A DNA stretch of 64,000 bases, from the IMG/VR virus record IMGVR_UViG_3300025536_000010, positions 170,887 through 234,886 of that record. One strand, written 5' to 3'. A program made the translations under genes and the position numbers. Positions 47,031 to 55,201 of the stretch are shown piece after piece; the stretch's first letter is position 1, and each line of letters begins with the position of its first letter. The notes beneath the pieces were generated by a model, which was given only the letters and a program-made list of their open reading frames with translations, did not search any database and had not been told where the DNA came from.

Positions 47031-47513
47031 ATGGGGCGCGAGCGGTACAGTCCGCAGGAGCAGCAGTTCTACAGACTCTACTTGAACAGTCCGGCGTGGC
47101 GGGCTCGCCGGAAATCAAGAATCGCTAAAGCCGGTGGTCGTTGTGAGTGGACCGTCGACAATTTCAACGGCCCTCCAGTACGCTGCGCAAGAACGCGGTA
47201 CTTGTGCGTCCACCACAACACTTATGAACGTCTTGGCGCTGAGCAGGATGGTGACCTGGATGTGTATTGTTGGGCGCATCACATGTTGGAGCACCTGCTA
47301 TGGAAGCGCTGCGTCCGCTGCGCGCAGCCGTGCCTAGAAAACGACGGCCTGGCCGAGCGCTGGTTGACCATCACCCTGCGGGCGATGGGTATCAACCTCG
47401 ACGCCGGTCAGGTCGCGTGGAGAGGTCTGCCGACCAAGGAGTTTCTCCTGGACCAGATCGGCAGCATCTGTTTTACTTGCGAGGAACAACTGGGGCCTCG
47501 CGTCAAGGAGTAA
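47031..47513 (+). CDS. HNH-like endonuclease
   Basis: YLNSPAWR.RR...A..RCE, VHHNTYERLG.E..DL...C..HH. Confidence 0.75.
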   Translation: MGRERYSPQEQQFYRLYLNSPAWRARRKSRIAKAGGRCEWTVDNFNGPPVRCARTRYLCVHHNTYERLGAEQDGDLDVYCWAHHMLEHLLWKRCVRCAQPCLENDGLAERWLTITLRAMGINLDAGQVAWRGLPTKEFLLDQIGSICFTCEEQLGPRVKE

Positions 47514-47515
47514 GC

Positions 47516-48535
47516 ATGGGTAAGCTGGTACAACCGAAAGTGTTTCTGGTGGGCTACACAGGCGTCGACGCCGAAGGGCTCAAGGCGTACCTGGAGTACA
47601 CCGGCCAGCAGGACTTCCTGGAGTCCTGGCAGAAGGCCCGCGACCTGGGCCTGTCGGACGGTGAGTGTCTGTGTTCGCTGTACGCCAAGATGTGCTACAA
47701 GACGCTCATCCTGGGCAAGAACGACAACATCAAAAGGGTCAGGGACATTCAGGACAACCTGACGGGCACCTTCGACACCGCCCACGGCTCGGTCTTCGAG
47801 CACCTGCAACTCAACTTCGTGGTGACCGACTGCTCGCGGGTTTACACGCACGAGCAGGTGCGCCACCGGCCAGGATGGGCCTACTCGCAGACCTCGGGCC
47901 GCTACTGCCGTGGCGAGAGCCTCGACATCGTGACGGACCCGATCCTGTCGGCGATCCAGGATGACTTGAACCGCCACGCCAGCAACCTGGAAACCGCGTA
48001 CAAGGCGTGGTGCGACCGCATGGGCCTCAACGGCTTTGCGCGTCTTCGTGCGGCATTGGAGTCGCGGGCGGATAAAAACTACCCACTCCACGACGCCGAC
48101 TTGGTGGTGGAGGCGCAGCGGCTCGGCATGCGCCCCAATGCGAAGACCGGAGAACTCGAAGTGCCGATGGACCGGGCCAAGAAGGTCACCTCGGCCCTGC
48201 GTCGCTACCTGCCCAACGGACAGGCCAACGAAATGGGCATGTCCTGCAACATCCGGGCGCTGCGGCACACCATCGCCATCCGCACCCAGCGCTTCGCCGA
48301 GTGGGAGATCCGGGTAATTTTCAACCAGGTCTACCAGCTAATCAAACAGAAGTTCCCCGCGATGGTCGCAGACGGGCAGGAGTTCGTGTACGATGGCCTG
48401 CTGGAGATCGCGGGGATGCGGATGCAGCCCTACGAGATGAAGGCCGGCGACCCGGGGGCGCTGCGCTTCTACACCTCCGATCAGCTGGCCACGGAACTCG
48501 ATACCCGGACGGCCACCGCAGGATTACCGGAATGA
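47516..48535 (+). CDS. thyX: FAD-dependent thymidylate synthase
   Basis: HGSVFEH, THEQVRHR, SQTSGRY, R..LP, NIRALRH, AEWEIR. Confidence 0.93.
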   Translation: MGKLVQPKVFLVGYTGVDAEGLKAYLEYTGQQDFLESWQKARDLGLSDGECLCSLYAKMCYKTLILGKNDNIKRVRDIQDNLTGTFDTAHGSVFEHLQLNFVVTDCSRVYTHEQVRHRPGWAYSQTSGRYCRGESLDIVTDPILSAIQDDLNRHASNLETAYKAWCDRMGLNGFARLRAALESRADKNYPLHDADLVVEAQRLGMRPNAKTGELEVPMDRAKKVTSALRRYLPNGQANEMGMSCNIRALRHTIAIRTQRFAEWEIRVIFNQVYQLIKQKFPAMVADGQEFVYDGLLEIAGMRMQPYEMKAGDPGALRFYTSDQLATELDTRTATAGLPE

Positions 48536-49251
48536 ACCGTTTGACTTTGGACATGGGCTACCCACTCGACGCGCGGCACGATTGGGTACGCCTGGCGGCT
48601 GCTTACCAGCAGGCCAAACCGTTTCCGCATGTCGTCATCGACGACTTTCTTGAGCGCCGTTTAGCCCTGGAAACCGCCAGGGCGTTACGGCGGATCAAGG
48701 AGCCGTTCTGGCAGAACGAGGACCACGATGACCAGGTCTTCAAGTTCTGGTGCGACAACCCGGAGGCTGTGCCGCAGCCCGGCCGGGACTTGCTCTACTG
48801 GTTCAACTCGGGCACCATGCTGGCCATCGCGGAAAAGCTGACCAATATCCGTGGCTTGCTGCCCGACCTGGACTATCACGGCGGCGGCGTTCACCGCACC
48901 AAGCCTGGTGGGCGCCTGTCGGTCCACTGCGACTACAACGTCCACCCGGTCACGCAGCTGCACCGGCGCGTCAACGCTCTCTACTTCCTGAACGAGACGT
49001 GGCGGCCGGAGTGGGGCGGTCAGCTGGAGTTGTGGTCCGCGGACATGAAACAGTGCGTGCAAAAGATCGAGCCGGTGCTAAATCGGCTGGTCCTTTTCAC
49101 GATCACCGACACGGCGTTTCATGGGGTGCCAGCGCCGGTCGATGCCCCAGTGGATCGCTACTCTCTGGCCCTGTACTACTTCACGGCCGACAGGCCCGAG
49201 TCCGAGAAGTCGGACCCGCACATGGCCCTGTGGCAGCAGCCGCAGGCGTGA
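48532..49251 (+). CDS. 2OG-Fe(II) oxygenase
   Basis: PFPHVVIDDFL, GGGVH, HCD (HxD), WGGQLELW, FHG, RYS. Confidence 0.9.
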   Translation: MNRLTLDMGYPLDARHDWVRLAAAYQQAKPFPHVVIDDFLERRLALETARALRRIKEPFWQNEDHDDQVFKFWCDNPEAVPQPGRDLLYWFNSGTMLAIAEKLTNIRGLLPDLDYHGGGVHRTKPGGRLSVHCDYNVHPVTQLHRRVNALYFLNETWRPEWGGQLELWSADMKQCVQKIEPVLNRLVLFTITDTAFHGVPAPVDAPVDRYSLALYYFTADRPESEKSDPHMALWQQPQA

Positions 49252-49257
49252 ACTCTC

Positions 49258-49288
49258 TTGTCTCGGAAGCGGTGATACGGTATCACCG
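49258..49288 (+). promoter_or_regulatory. Putative promoter overlapped by a perfect palindrome (operator)
   Basis: TTGTCT-17-TATCAC; CGGTGATAC-G-GTATCACCG at 49270-49288. Confidence 0.5.
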
Positions 49289-49339
49289 TCTTATTGAACC
49301 TACCACGACGGTAGGCGGTCACCAATGAGGAGAATCGTT

Positions 49340-49453
49340 ATGGCGAAGAAAGCACCGGCCAGCGCGTCAGCCCCGAAGGGCGGCAAGGGAAGCAAGGGCA
49401 CCAAGCCGACGACGAAGGGGAGCAAGGGGGGTAAGGGCGGTAAGGGCAAGTAA
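49340..49453 (+). CDS. 37-aa Lys/Gly-rich peptide
   Basis: GAGGAG RBS; MAKKAPASASAPKGGKGSKGTKPTTKGSKGGKGGKGK; below the ORF-track cutoff. Confidence 0.7.
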   Translation: MAKKAPASASAPKGGKGSKGTKPTTKGSKGGKGGKGK

Positions 49454-49487
49454 CCCAAAACTGCTGAACCCTGTAAGCTGGTCCAAG

Positions 49488-49521
49488 GAGGGGCCTGGAA
49501 CGTCCAGGCCCCTCTTCGTTT
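49488..49521 (+). terminator. Rho-independent terminator
   Basis: GAGGGGCCTGGA-ACG-TCCAGGCCCCTC-TTCGTTT. Confidence 0.7.
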
Positions 49522-49543
49522 ACCCAAGCAAGAAAGGATAGAC

Positions 49544-49861
49544 ATGAGCGAGACGACTACGCCTGTGACCAAACAGCGGACGCCTTCTGCCAGGGTCATT
49601 GCGGCCATGTGGCTCAAGCAGCAGATCGAGGAGGGCCTTTGCCCGGATGCCTTGACGGAGTGCTCCGGCTCGCGCGTGACCGAGCGGAAGATCAACAAGA
49701 TCCGCGAGCAGATGTTCAAGATCGCCGGTAAGGGCACCCTGGTGCGCATCGACCGCATCGTTGACGGTTTCAAGAACCCGAAGCCGGCCGACCCGAAGAT
49801 GGCCGAGCGTATGAAGGCCATGCACGCGGCGCGCAAGAACAAGAAGAAGGAAGAAGGCTGA
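49544..49861 (+). CDS. Basic hypothetical protein
   Basis: AAGGA RBS; strong codon bias. Confidence 0.65.
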   Translation: MSETTTPVTKQRTPSARVIAAMWLKQQIEEGLCPDALTECSGSRVTERKINKIREQMFKIAGKGTLVRIDRIVDGFKNPKPADPKMAERMKAMHAARKNKKKEEG

Positions 49862-49862
49862 C

Positions 49863-50384
49863 ATGCCCTTCGAGCCGCTCTACACGTCGACGGGCGCTGA
49901 GTTCAGCCAGTGCCAGGTTTACCGCTACACGCTTACGCGCTGGTGGGATCGGCTGGCCAAGCGGGGGCGTGTGTGCTGGGTCATGCTGAACCCCAGTACC
50001 GCTGACGCGCTCGTAGACGACCCCACCGTTCGTCGTTGTGCGCAGTTCTCGCACAGGTGGGGCTACGGCGGCATGATCGTGGTGAACATTTTCGGGTTGC
50101 GGGCGACCGACCCCAAGCATCTGCGCAAGGTTGCTGACCCTGTTGGCCCGGACAACGATTTTGCTGTCATCGCGGCGGCGACGGCTTGTGACCTGGTCAT
50201 GGCTGCCTGGGGGACTCACGGTGGGCTGAACAACCGTGGGTGCCAGGTTCATCGGAAGCTGGCTCGCACCCCGGGCCTAGAAGTCTACGCGCTGGGTGTC
50301 ACGAGCGGTGGTTTTCCCAAACACCCGCTCTACATCAAGGGCGACGTAGTGAAGGAACTTTTCCCGTATAAGAGCCATGCTTAG
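49863..50384 (+). CDS. DUF1643 family protein
   Basis: YRY.L.R.W, MLNPSTAD..DDPT.RRC, VN.F..RATDP, AAWG, PKHPLY. Confidence 0.88.
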   Translation: MPFEPLYTSTGAEFSQCQVYRYTLTRWWDRLAKRGRVCWVMLNPSTADALVDDPTVRRCAQFSHRWGYGGMIVVNIFGLRATDPKHLRKVADPVGPDNDFAVIAAATACDLVMAAWGTHGGLNNRGCQVHRKLARTPGLEVYALGVTSGGFPKHPLYIKGDVVKELFPYKSHA

Positions 50385-51354
50385 CGCTCTCAACTTCCCG
50401 TACCCACTGCCGGAGTTGAAACCGGAGTGGCGCACTTCGACCGTGGTACAGCTGGCCAAGGCGATCCTGGAGAACAAGGACTGGCCTGACATGCCGATCC
50501 TTGCTGACGCGCTCGAAGAAGCCGGTTGTATCGACCAGGGCGTCTTGGAACATCTGCGGGGCACCTGGCGAACCTGCTCGTGCTGCGACGGCAAAAAACG
50601 TGTGCCGTACGCCGCGAAGTACGAAAACGACGGCAGCACGACTGTCATGTCCTGGCGGGACTGCTACATGTGCGACGGGCGTGGCCAGGTTCCCGAGGAC
50701 ACACACGGCCCGTGTGCGGCGCCGTACCGCAACGGCTGCTGGCACGGCACCTGTTGGTTGGTTAGGCACCTGGCCGGAGTCTCGCAGATCCTGGTGGCGC
50801 GGTTCAAAGAGAGAACCGGAAGCGGCGAAGAAGTGGACCAGGAAGCCACCGCCATCAACCCGGGTGACTGGTTCGGCAAAACCTGGCAAGTTGTCGCCGC
50901 AGATTGCATGGACCCGCCACGGTACATCGTCGAAGCCGACACGCCCTCGGACGCCGAAGAGGAGTGGATCGACAGTGATTACGGTGCGCACTACCGTATT
51001 GAGCCGAACGATCCAGACTACCTGGACCCCGACCGCGTACATTTCACCGGGGCGGGGACAGCGTATGATGGCGAAAACATTATGATCTACGGCCAGGAGT
51101 TCGTCGCGCACGTCAGAGGCAGTATGCCTTTTGCGTGCCGCTACTTCGGGCCTGGCCTCCCCCACGAGGGGGTGTCCCCGCTGGTGTATCAGTACGGGGA
51201 GCAAGAGTGCGAGCATTGCGAGAAGAAGTGCTTTGCGTATGAACCGCTTGCTTTGCGGTTGCGTGGGCACTACTGCTCGCAGGCGTGCCACGATCTAGCG
51301 CACGCCGACCCGCAGGACGACGAGCACGGCCTGGAACAGTTTGAGGCTCGCTGA
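50377..51354 (+). CDS. Hypothetical protein with a Gemmataceae-type 'PILADALEEAGC' domain and zinc motifs
   Basis: PEWRTSTVVQLAKAI......MPILADALEEAGC....LEHLR. Confidence 0.7.
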   Translation: MLSALNFPYPLPELKPEWRTSTVVQLAKAILENKDWPDMPILADALEEAGCIDQGVLEHLRGTWRTCSCCDGKKRVPYAAKYENDGSTTVMSWRDCYMCDGRGQVPEDTHGPCAAPYRNGCWHGTCWLVRHLAGVSQILVARFKERTGSGEEVDQEATAINPGDWFGKTWQVVAADCMDPPRYIVEADTPSDAEEEWIDSDYGAHYRIEPNDPDYLDPDRVHFTGAGTAYDGENIMIYGQEFVAHVRGSMPFACRYFGPGLPHEGVSPLVYQYGEQECEHCEKKCFAYEPLALRLRGHYCSQACHDLAHADPQDDEHGLEQFEAR

Positions 51355-51425
51355 CGTCGCGTTAGAAAGAGGGGCTCTGGTAGAATAGCCCAAGAACGGT
51401 GTTTCTGTCCCAAGGAGGTTTGACC

Positions 51426-51644
51426 ATGAACGCAATCACTCACAAGTCGCTGACCGAGACGGAACGCAACCGCCTCACGGCCGCCCTGAACGCCAACGCG
51501 CACCAGGACAAGGCCATTTTCATTGGCCAGGCCGACACGTCGTTTATCGGCTTCGATCAGCCGGGCATGCGCGGCACGCACCCGGAGGAGGTCAGTGACG
51601 CGGAGGTCATCAACGCCATCAAGAGCGTGCCCTGCCACTACTAA
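51426..51644 (+). CDS. Hypothetical protein
   Basis: AAGGAGG RBS; upstream TGGTAGAAT at 51378-51386; downstream hairpin 51675-51697. Confidence 0.65.
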   Translation: MNAITHKSLTETERNRLTAALNANAHQDKAIFIGQADTSFIGFDQPGMRGTHPEEVSDAEVINAIKSVPCHY

Positions 51645-51738
51645 GCAACAGACGGATGCCAACCCGTTGTTCCTCGCCCCGGCGCCCAGCCGGGGCGGGT
51701 TCTCTAAACCACTTTTTAGATTTCACGGAGTAGCCGTC

Positions 51739-52410
51739 GTGACTCTCAACGCGCGTATGAGCCCCAGCGACAGTCGTCTGTACAACGTCGGCCGCGACGT
51801 TGCCTGGTGTTTCGGCCACGCTATCATGGAAGTCGCCAAGCGGTGCGAAGAGGGTCGCTGGGAGGCCCTTGTCAAGCTGGCGAAGGAGAAAGGCGTTACG
51901 GATGAGGAACTGGGTAAGGCGTGCCAGTGTCTCTGCGTCTTTGTCGAGACGCAGATGGACCAGCGGGAGAGCATGGCTCAAGGGCTGGCGCGCTGCGGCT
52001 TCCTCGATCTGAACGAGAACGCCCGTGTGATCGTTATGGCCCACTTGGGTACGATCATGCTCGGCATGCACTGGGCCGGCGTACGCGAGACGACCATCCA
52101 GGGCGTCGGCCCCACGCTTGGCTACCAGGGCCTGCGGCGTTACGGCCGACGCTGCGCTCTACTCATGCAGCTGCCGCCTTGGCGGCGCCGGCTCTATAAC
52201 TTCTGGACCAGGGCCAAGCGTGCCTGGCACACGTTGTTCCAGACCGGCCTCTATTCCGATTTCAACCACGGCGGGTCGAACCAACCGAATCACGCCGTCC
52301 CGCAGCGGCCTGTGGTCCGCAACCAGGTCCGCGATAAGTGCGAGGACGCCGCCGACCGCGCGTTGGCGTGCGAGGAAGAATCACGCGATGAACCAATCAC
52401 TGCTGGATAG
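51739..52410 (+). CDS. Hypothetical protein
   Basis: GGAG before GTG 51739. Confidence 0.6.
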   Translation: MTLNARMSPSDSRLYNVGRDVAWCFGHAIMEVAKRCEEGRWEALVKLAKEKGVTDEELGKACQCLCVFVETQMDQRESMAQGLARCGFLDLNENARVIVMAHLGTIMLGMHWAGVRETTIQGVGPTLGYQGLRRYGRRCALLMQLPPWRRRLYNFWTRAKRAWHTLFQTGLYSDFNHGGSNQPNHAVPQRPVVRNQVRDKCEDAADRALACEEESRDEPITAG

Positions 52411-52612
52411 CCGCACCTTGCTCATAGTCGCCGTGTCTGTCGTCTTGTTTTTTGGGCTGCGCCTGCTGGTAATGACCGTGCTGCTGACCCTGGCCAAACG
52501 CGGCAGGCCGCTCCGGTGTCCACACTGCTTGACGGTGCTGCGGCGCACGCCCTGCCTGACCCTGACCATGTGCAGTCAGTGCGGTCGTGTCTACGAGGTT
52601 GAACACCGATGA
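52388..52612 (+). CDS. Small membrane protein with zinc ribbon
   Basis: One hydrophobic helix; CPHC...CSQCG. Confidence 0.55.
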   Translation: MNQSLLDSRTLLIVAVSVVLFFGLRLLVMTVLLTLAKRGRPLRCPHCLTVLRRTPCLTLTMCSQCGRVYEVEHR

Positions 52613-53478
52613 TTGTGAACTACTGGCCGTCGTGGTTTCGGGCGCTTTACGGCGGCGACTGGCCGCTGGACTACTGCTGCGTGGATCTCGAAACCACTGG
52701 CTACCTGGCCACCCAGGACGTCATCACCCAATGGGGGCACTGTTTGGTCCAGGACGGCAAGGTGATCGACCAGATCTCGCTCGTTATCGACTGGACCGAA
52801 CATGCTGTCGTGCCGGATCACTGGCTCAGCAGCCGGCTCAACTGTTTGCGGCAGGGTATGGAGATCGGCGGCAAGAAGTGTCACATGTCCTACGCCCGCA
52901 TGAAACAGGAGGGTATGAAGCCGGACAAGGCGTTCAAATTCATCCTCCAGTTCACCGACACTATCAGGAAGAAAGGCATCCCGTTCGTCCTGCACGGTGG
53001 CGTGTTCGACGAGAAGATGCTCTGTGCCAACGTCCAGGGCTTCGTCAACCCGAACCTGGGTTTCACCCTGGGCGACAACGGCTGGATCGACACCGAGGGC
53101 GTCGAGAAAGCCAGCCAGGACGTTCACCAGATCCGGTTCCACCCGCAGAAGAATGACACGCTGCGGAAATACTGGCACCGAGTCAAGTACACGCGCGTCA
53201 ACGGGCTCAAGTCCAATCTGGACGACCACTGCTTCCGCAAGTACAAGTTCCAGGAGGAGCACGGCATCGAGCCCAAACAGATGCACGACGCCAAGGTGGA
53301 CTCGTTCTGTTGCCACCTGCTGATGGAGAAGTTCCGGGCCTTGATCCGGCCGACGCCGGAGACGCCGCCTTATCCAAGCGCGGATCACAAAGAGGCCAGG
53401 AAAGGCAAAACGATAGTCATGCCCCGCCCTGGGCCGCTCGTCGCGCTCAGTCGGGTGCGAGGACAAAGACGGACATGA
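52609..53478 (+). CDS. DEDDh 3'-5' exonuclease (DnaQ-like)
   Basis: VDLETTG, H...FD, IDT, HDAKVD. Confidence 0.85.
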   Translation: MIVNYWPSWFRALYGGDWPLDYCCVDLETTGYLATQDVITQWGHCLVQDGKVIDQISLVIDWTEHAVVPDHWLSSRLNCLRQGMEIGGKKCHMSYARMKQEGMKPDKAFKFILQFTDTIRKKGIPFVLHGGVFDEKMLCANVQGFVNPNLGFTLGDNGWIDTEGVEKASQDVHQIRFHPQKNDTLRKYWHRVKYTRVNGLKSNLDDHCFRKYKFQEEHGIEPKQMHDAKVDSFCCHLLMEKFRALIRPTPETPPYPSADHKEARKGKTIVMPRPGPLVALSRVRGQRRT

Positions 53479-53481
53479 TAC

Positions 53482-54252
53482 ATGAGCCTGTTCTATTCGG
53501 ACTTTTGGGGCTCGGCTCGCTCGCGGGCCAAGGCCGCCGCCGCCAGCGGTGTGCAACGTGCAAAAAAGAAATCTGGAAAGGCGAAGGCTACCGTCTCGTC
53601 GACGGCCTCGCCTACCACCAAGCCTGCGCCCCGAAACAAGCAACCGGACCCGCTGGAGGTGGTGGCGTGGTTCGTGGCCCATGTCCAGGCCCGTGACACG
53701 CCGATTTACCTGGGCATCGACCCAGGCGCCACGGGCGCGATTGGGATGCTGTGCGGCAAGCTGTACGCGGTCGTCGACATCCCCGTCTACCGGGTGAAGG
53801 TCAAACGTGTCCGGCACAACAACAAGAAGATCCGTGCTTTGACGGGCCGGAAAACCCGGACGGTCGACGGCTCGACGAGCAAGTTCGACTTTCCGGCAAT
53901 CTGTCGGCTGTTTCGCTTGTTCAAGCCGATCAAGAAAAAACTCATCGTCGTCCTCGAAGAGATTCCGCCGACGATGGGCAAGCGCGCACGCAAATACGTT
54001 GAGATCATGGTGAACCGCGCCTACGCGATCTGGCCGCTGTTTCTCTGCTCGAAAGGCTACACGGTCAAAGAGATCAAGCCTTCGGACTGGAAGAAGCGGA
54101 TGGACCTGTACGGCAAGGACAAGGAGGCGTCTCGCCGGCTAGCGCTCAAGATCTTCCCGATGGCGAACATCCAACGCAAGGAAGACACTGATCGGGCCGA
54201 GGCGCTGCTGATAGCTGAATGCGTACGAAGGATACATAATGGCAAAGCGTAA
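53482..54252 (+). CDS. RuvC-like Holliday junction resolvase
   Basis: LGIDPGATGAIG, VLEE, P..WKK, DRAEALLIA. Confidence 0.85.
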   Translation: MSLFYSDFWGSARSRAKAAAASGVQRAKKKSGKAKATVSSTASPTTKPAPRNKQPDPLEVVAWFVAHVQARDTPIYLGIDPGATGAIGMLCGKLYAVVDIPVYRVKVKRVRHNNKKIRALTGRKTRTVDGSTSKFDFPAICRLFRLFKPIKKKLIVVLEEIPPTMGKRARKYVEIMVNRAYAIWPLFLCSKGYTVKEIKPSDWKKRMDLYGKDKEASRRLALKIFPMANIQRKEDTDRAEALLIAECVRRIHNGKA

Positions 54253-55081
54253 ACCCGCCGACCATGTGCAGTTCGCTCAGTACGGCGATTGCGTCAAACT
54301 GTTCCAGGCGTCGACGAAAAAGTACGACCTCATCGTCGCCGACCCGCCGTACAACTTCGGGATGCCGTACGAGGCATACGACGACAACAAGTCCTACGAA
54401 GCCTACATGAAGTGGACCGATCAGTGGCTCGGGGCCGCCCTGAGCCGTCTTGCGCCGCACGGTAGCATGTTCATTTTCGTGCCCGACGAATGGGTCACGG
54501 AGATCGACTACAAATGCACGCATCACTACCAGCTGTACAAGCGGCGGCACATCCTCTGGGCTTTCACCTTCGGGCAGAAGGCTCACCGCAACTTCACGAG
54601 AAGCCACTGCCACATTCTCTACTACACCAAGACCAAGACGCGGTTCACGTTCAACGAGGACGCGGTCAAGGTGCCGTCGGCGCGGCAGCTGGTGTACAAC
54701 GACCCCAGGGCCGCCAAAGGCGGCAAACCGCCCGACGCGACCTGGATGCTGCTCAAGGAGCAGTTGGAGCCGTACATGACGCCGGACACAGACACCTGGC
54801 TCGTATCCAGGATCTGTGGTACTTACAAGGAACGCGAAAAGCACAGCCCGAACCAGATCCCGGTGCCGATCACCGCCAGGATCGTGCGAGCGTGTTCCAA
54901 CCCAGGTGACTGGGTTTGTGATCCGTTTTGCGGCACCGGCAGCAGCGGCGTGGCCTGTGCCGGCAACAGCAGGAACTGGGACGGTTTCGACGTGGGCAGG
55001 AACTGCGTCAAACAGTCGCAGCGACGGATCAACGAGGTAAGGAAACTCAATGGACTCGGCAAACTCGCAGCGCTCGTCTGA
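54239..55081 (+). CDS. DNA N6-adenine/N4-cytosine methyltransferase (beta class), orphan
   Basis: DPPY precedes DPFCGTGS. Confidence 0.9.
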   Translation: MAKRKPADHVQFAQYGDCVKLFQASTKKYDLIVADPPYNFGMPYEAYDDNKSYEAYMKWTDQWLGAALSRLAPHGSMFIFVPDEWVTEIDYKCTHHYQLYKRRHILWAFTFGQKAHRNFTRSHCHILYYTKTKTRFTFNEDAVKVPSARQLVYNDPRAAKGGKPPDATWMLLKEQLEPYMTPDTDTWLVSRICGTYKEREKHSPNQIPVPITARIVRACSNPGDWVCDPFCGTGSSGVACAGNSRNWDGFDVGRNCVKQSQRRINEVRKLNGLGKLAALV

Positions 55082-55178
55082 GCCGGCTACCGCCGGGGCC
55101 GCACTGCTGATTTGCGCTATCCTAGCGATGGGCGTGCTTATCACCGTGGCCGCGTTGGTCATAGTGGCCCTGTTGTAA
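55050..55178 (+). CDS. 42-aa single-helix membrane peptide
   Basis: AAGGA RBS; MDSANSQRSSEPATAGAALLICAILAMGVLITVAALVIVALL. Confidence 0.55.
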   Translation: MDSANSQRSSEPATAGAALLICAILAMGVLITVAALVIVALL

Positions 55179-55201
55179 AAAGTGGCTTTTGGGGACGCAT
55201 C

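Noticed and set aside
9366-55081. PD-(D/E)xK nuclease (9366) and methyltransferase (54239) as a restriction-modification pair
   Set aside because: About 45 kb apart; orphan methyltransferases are common in phages.
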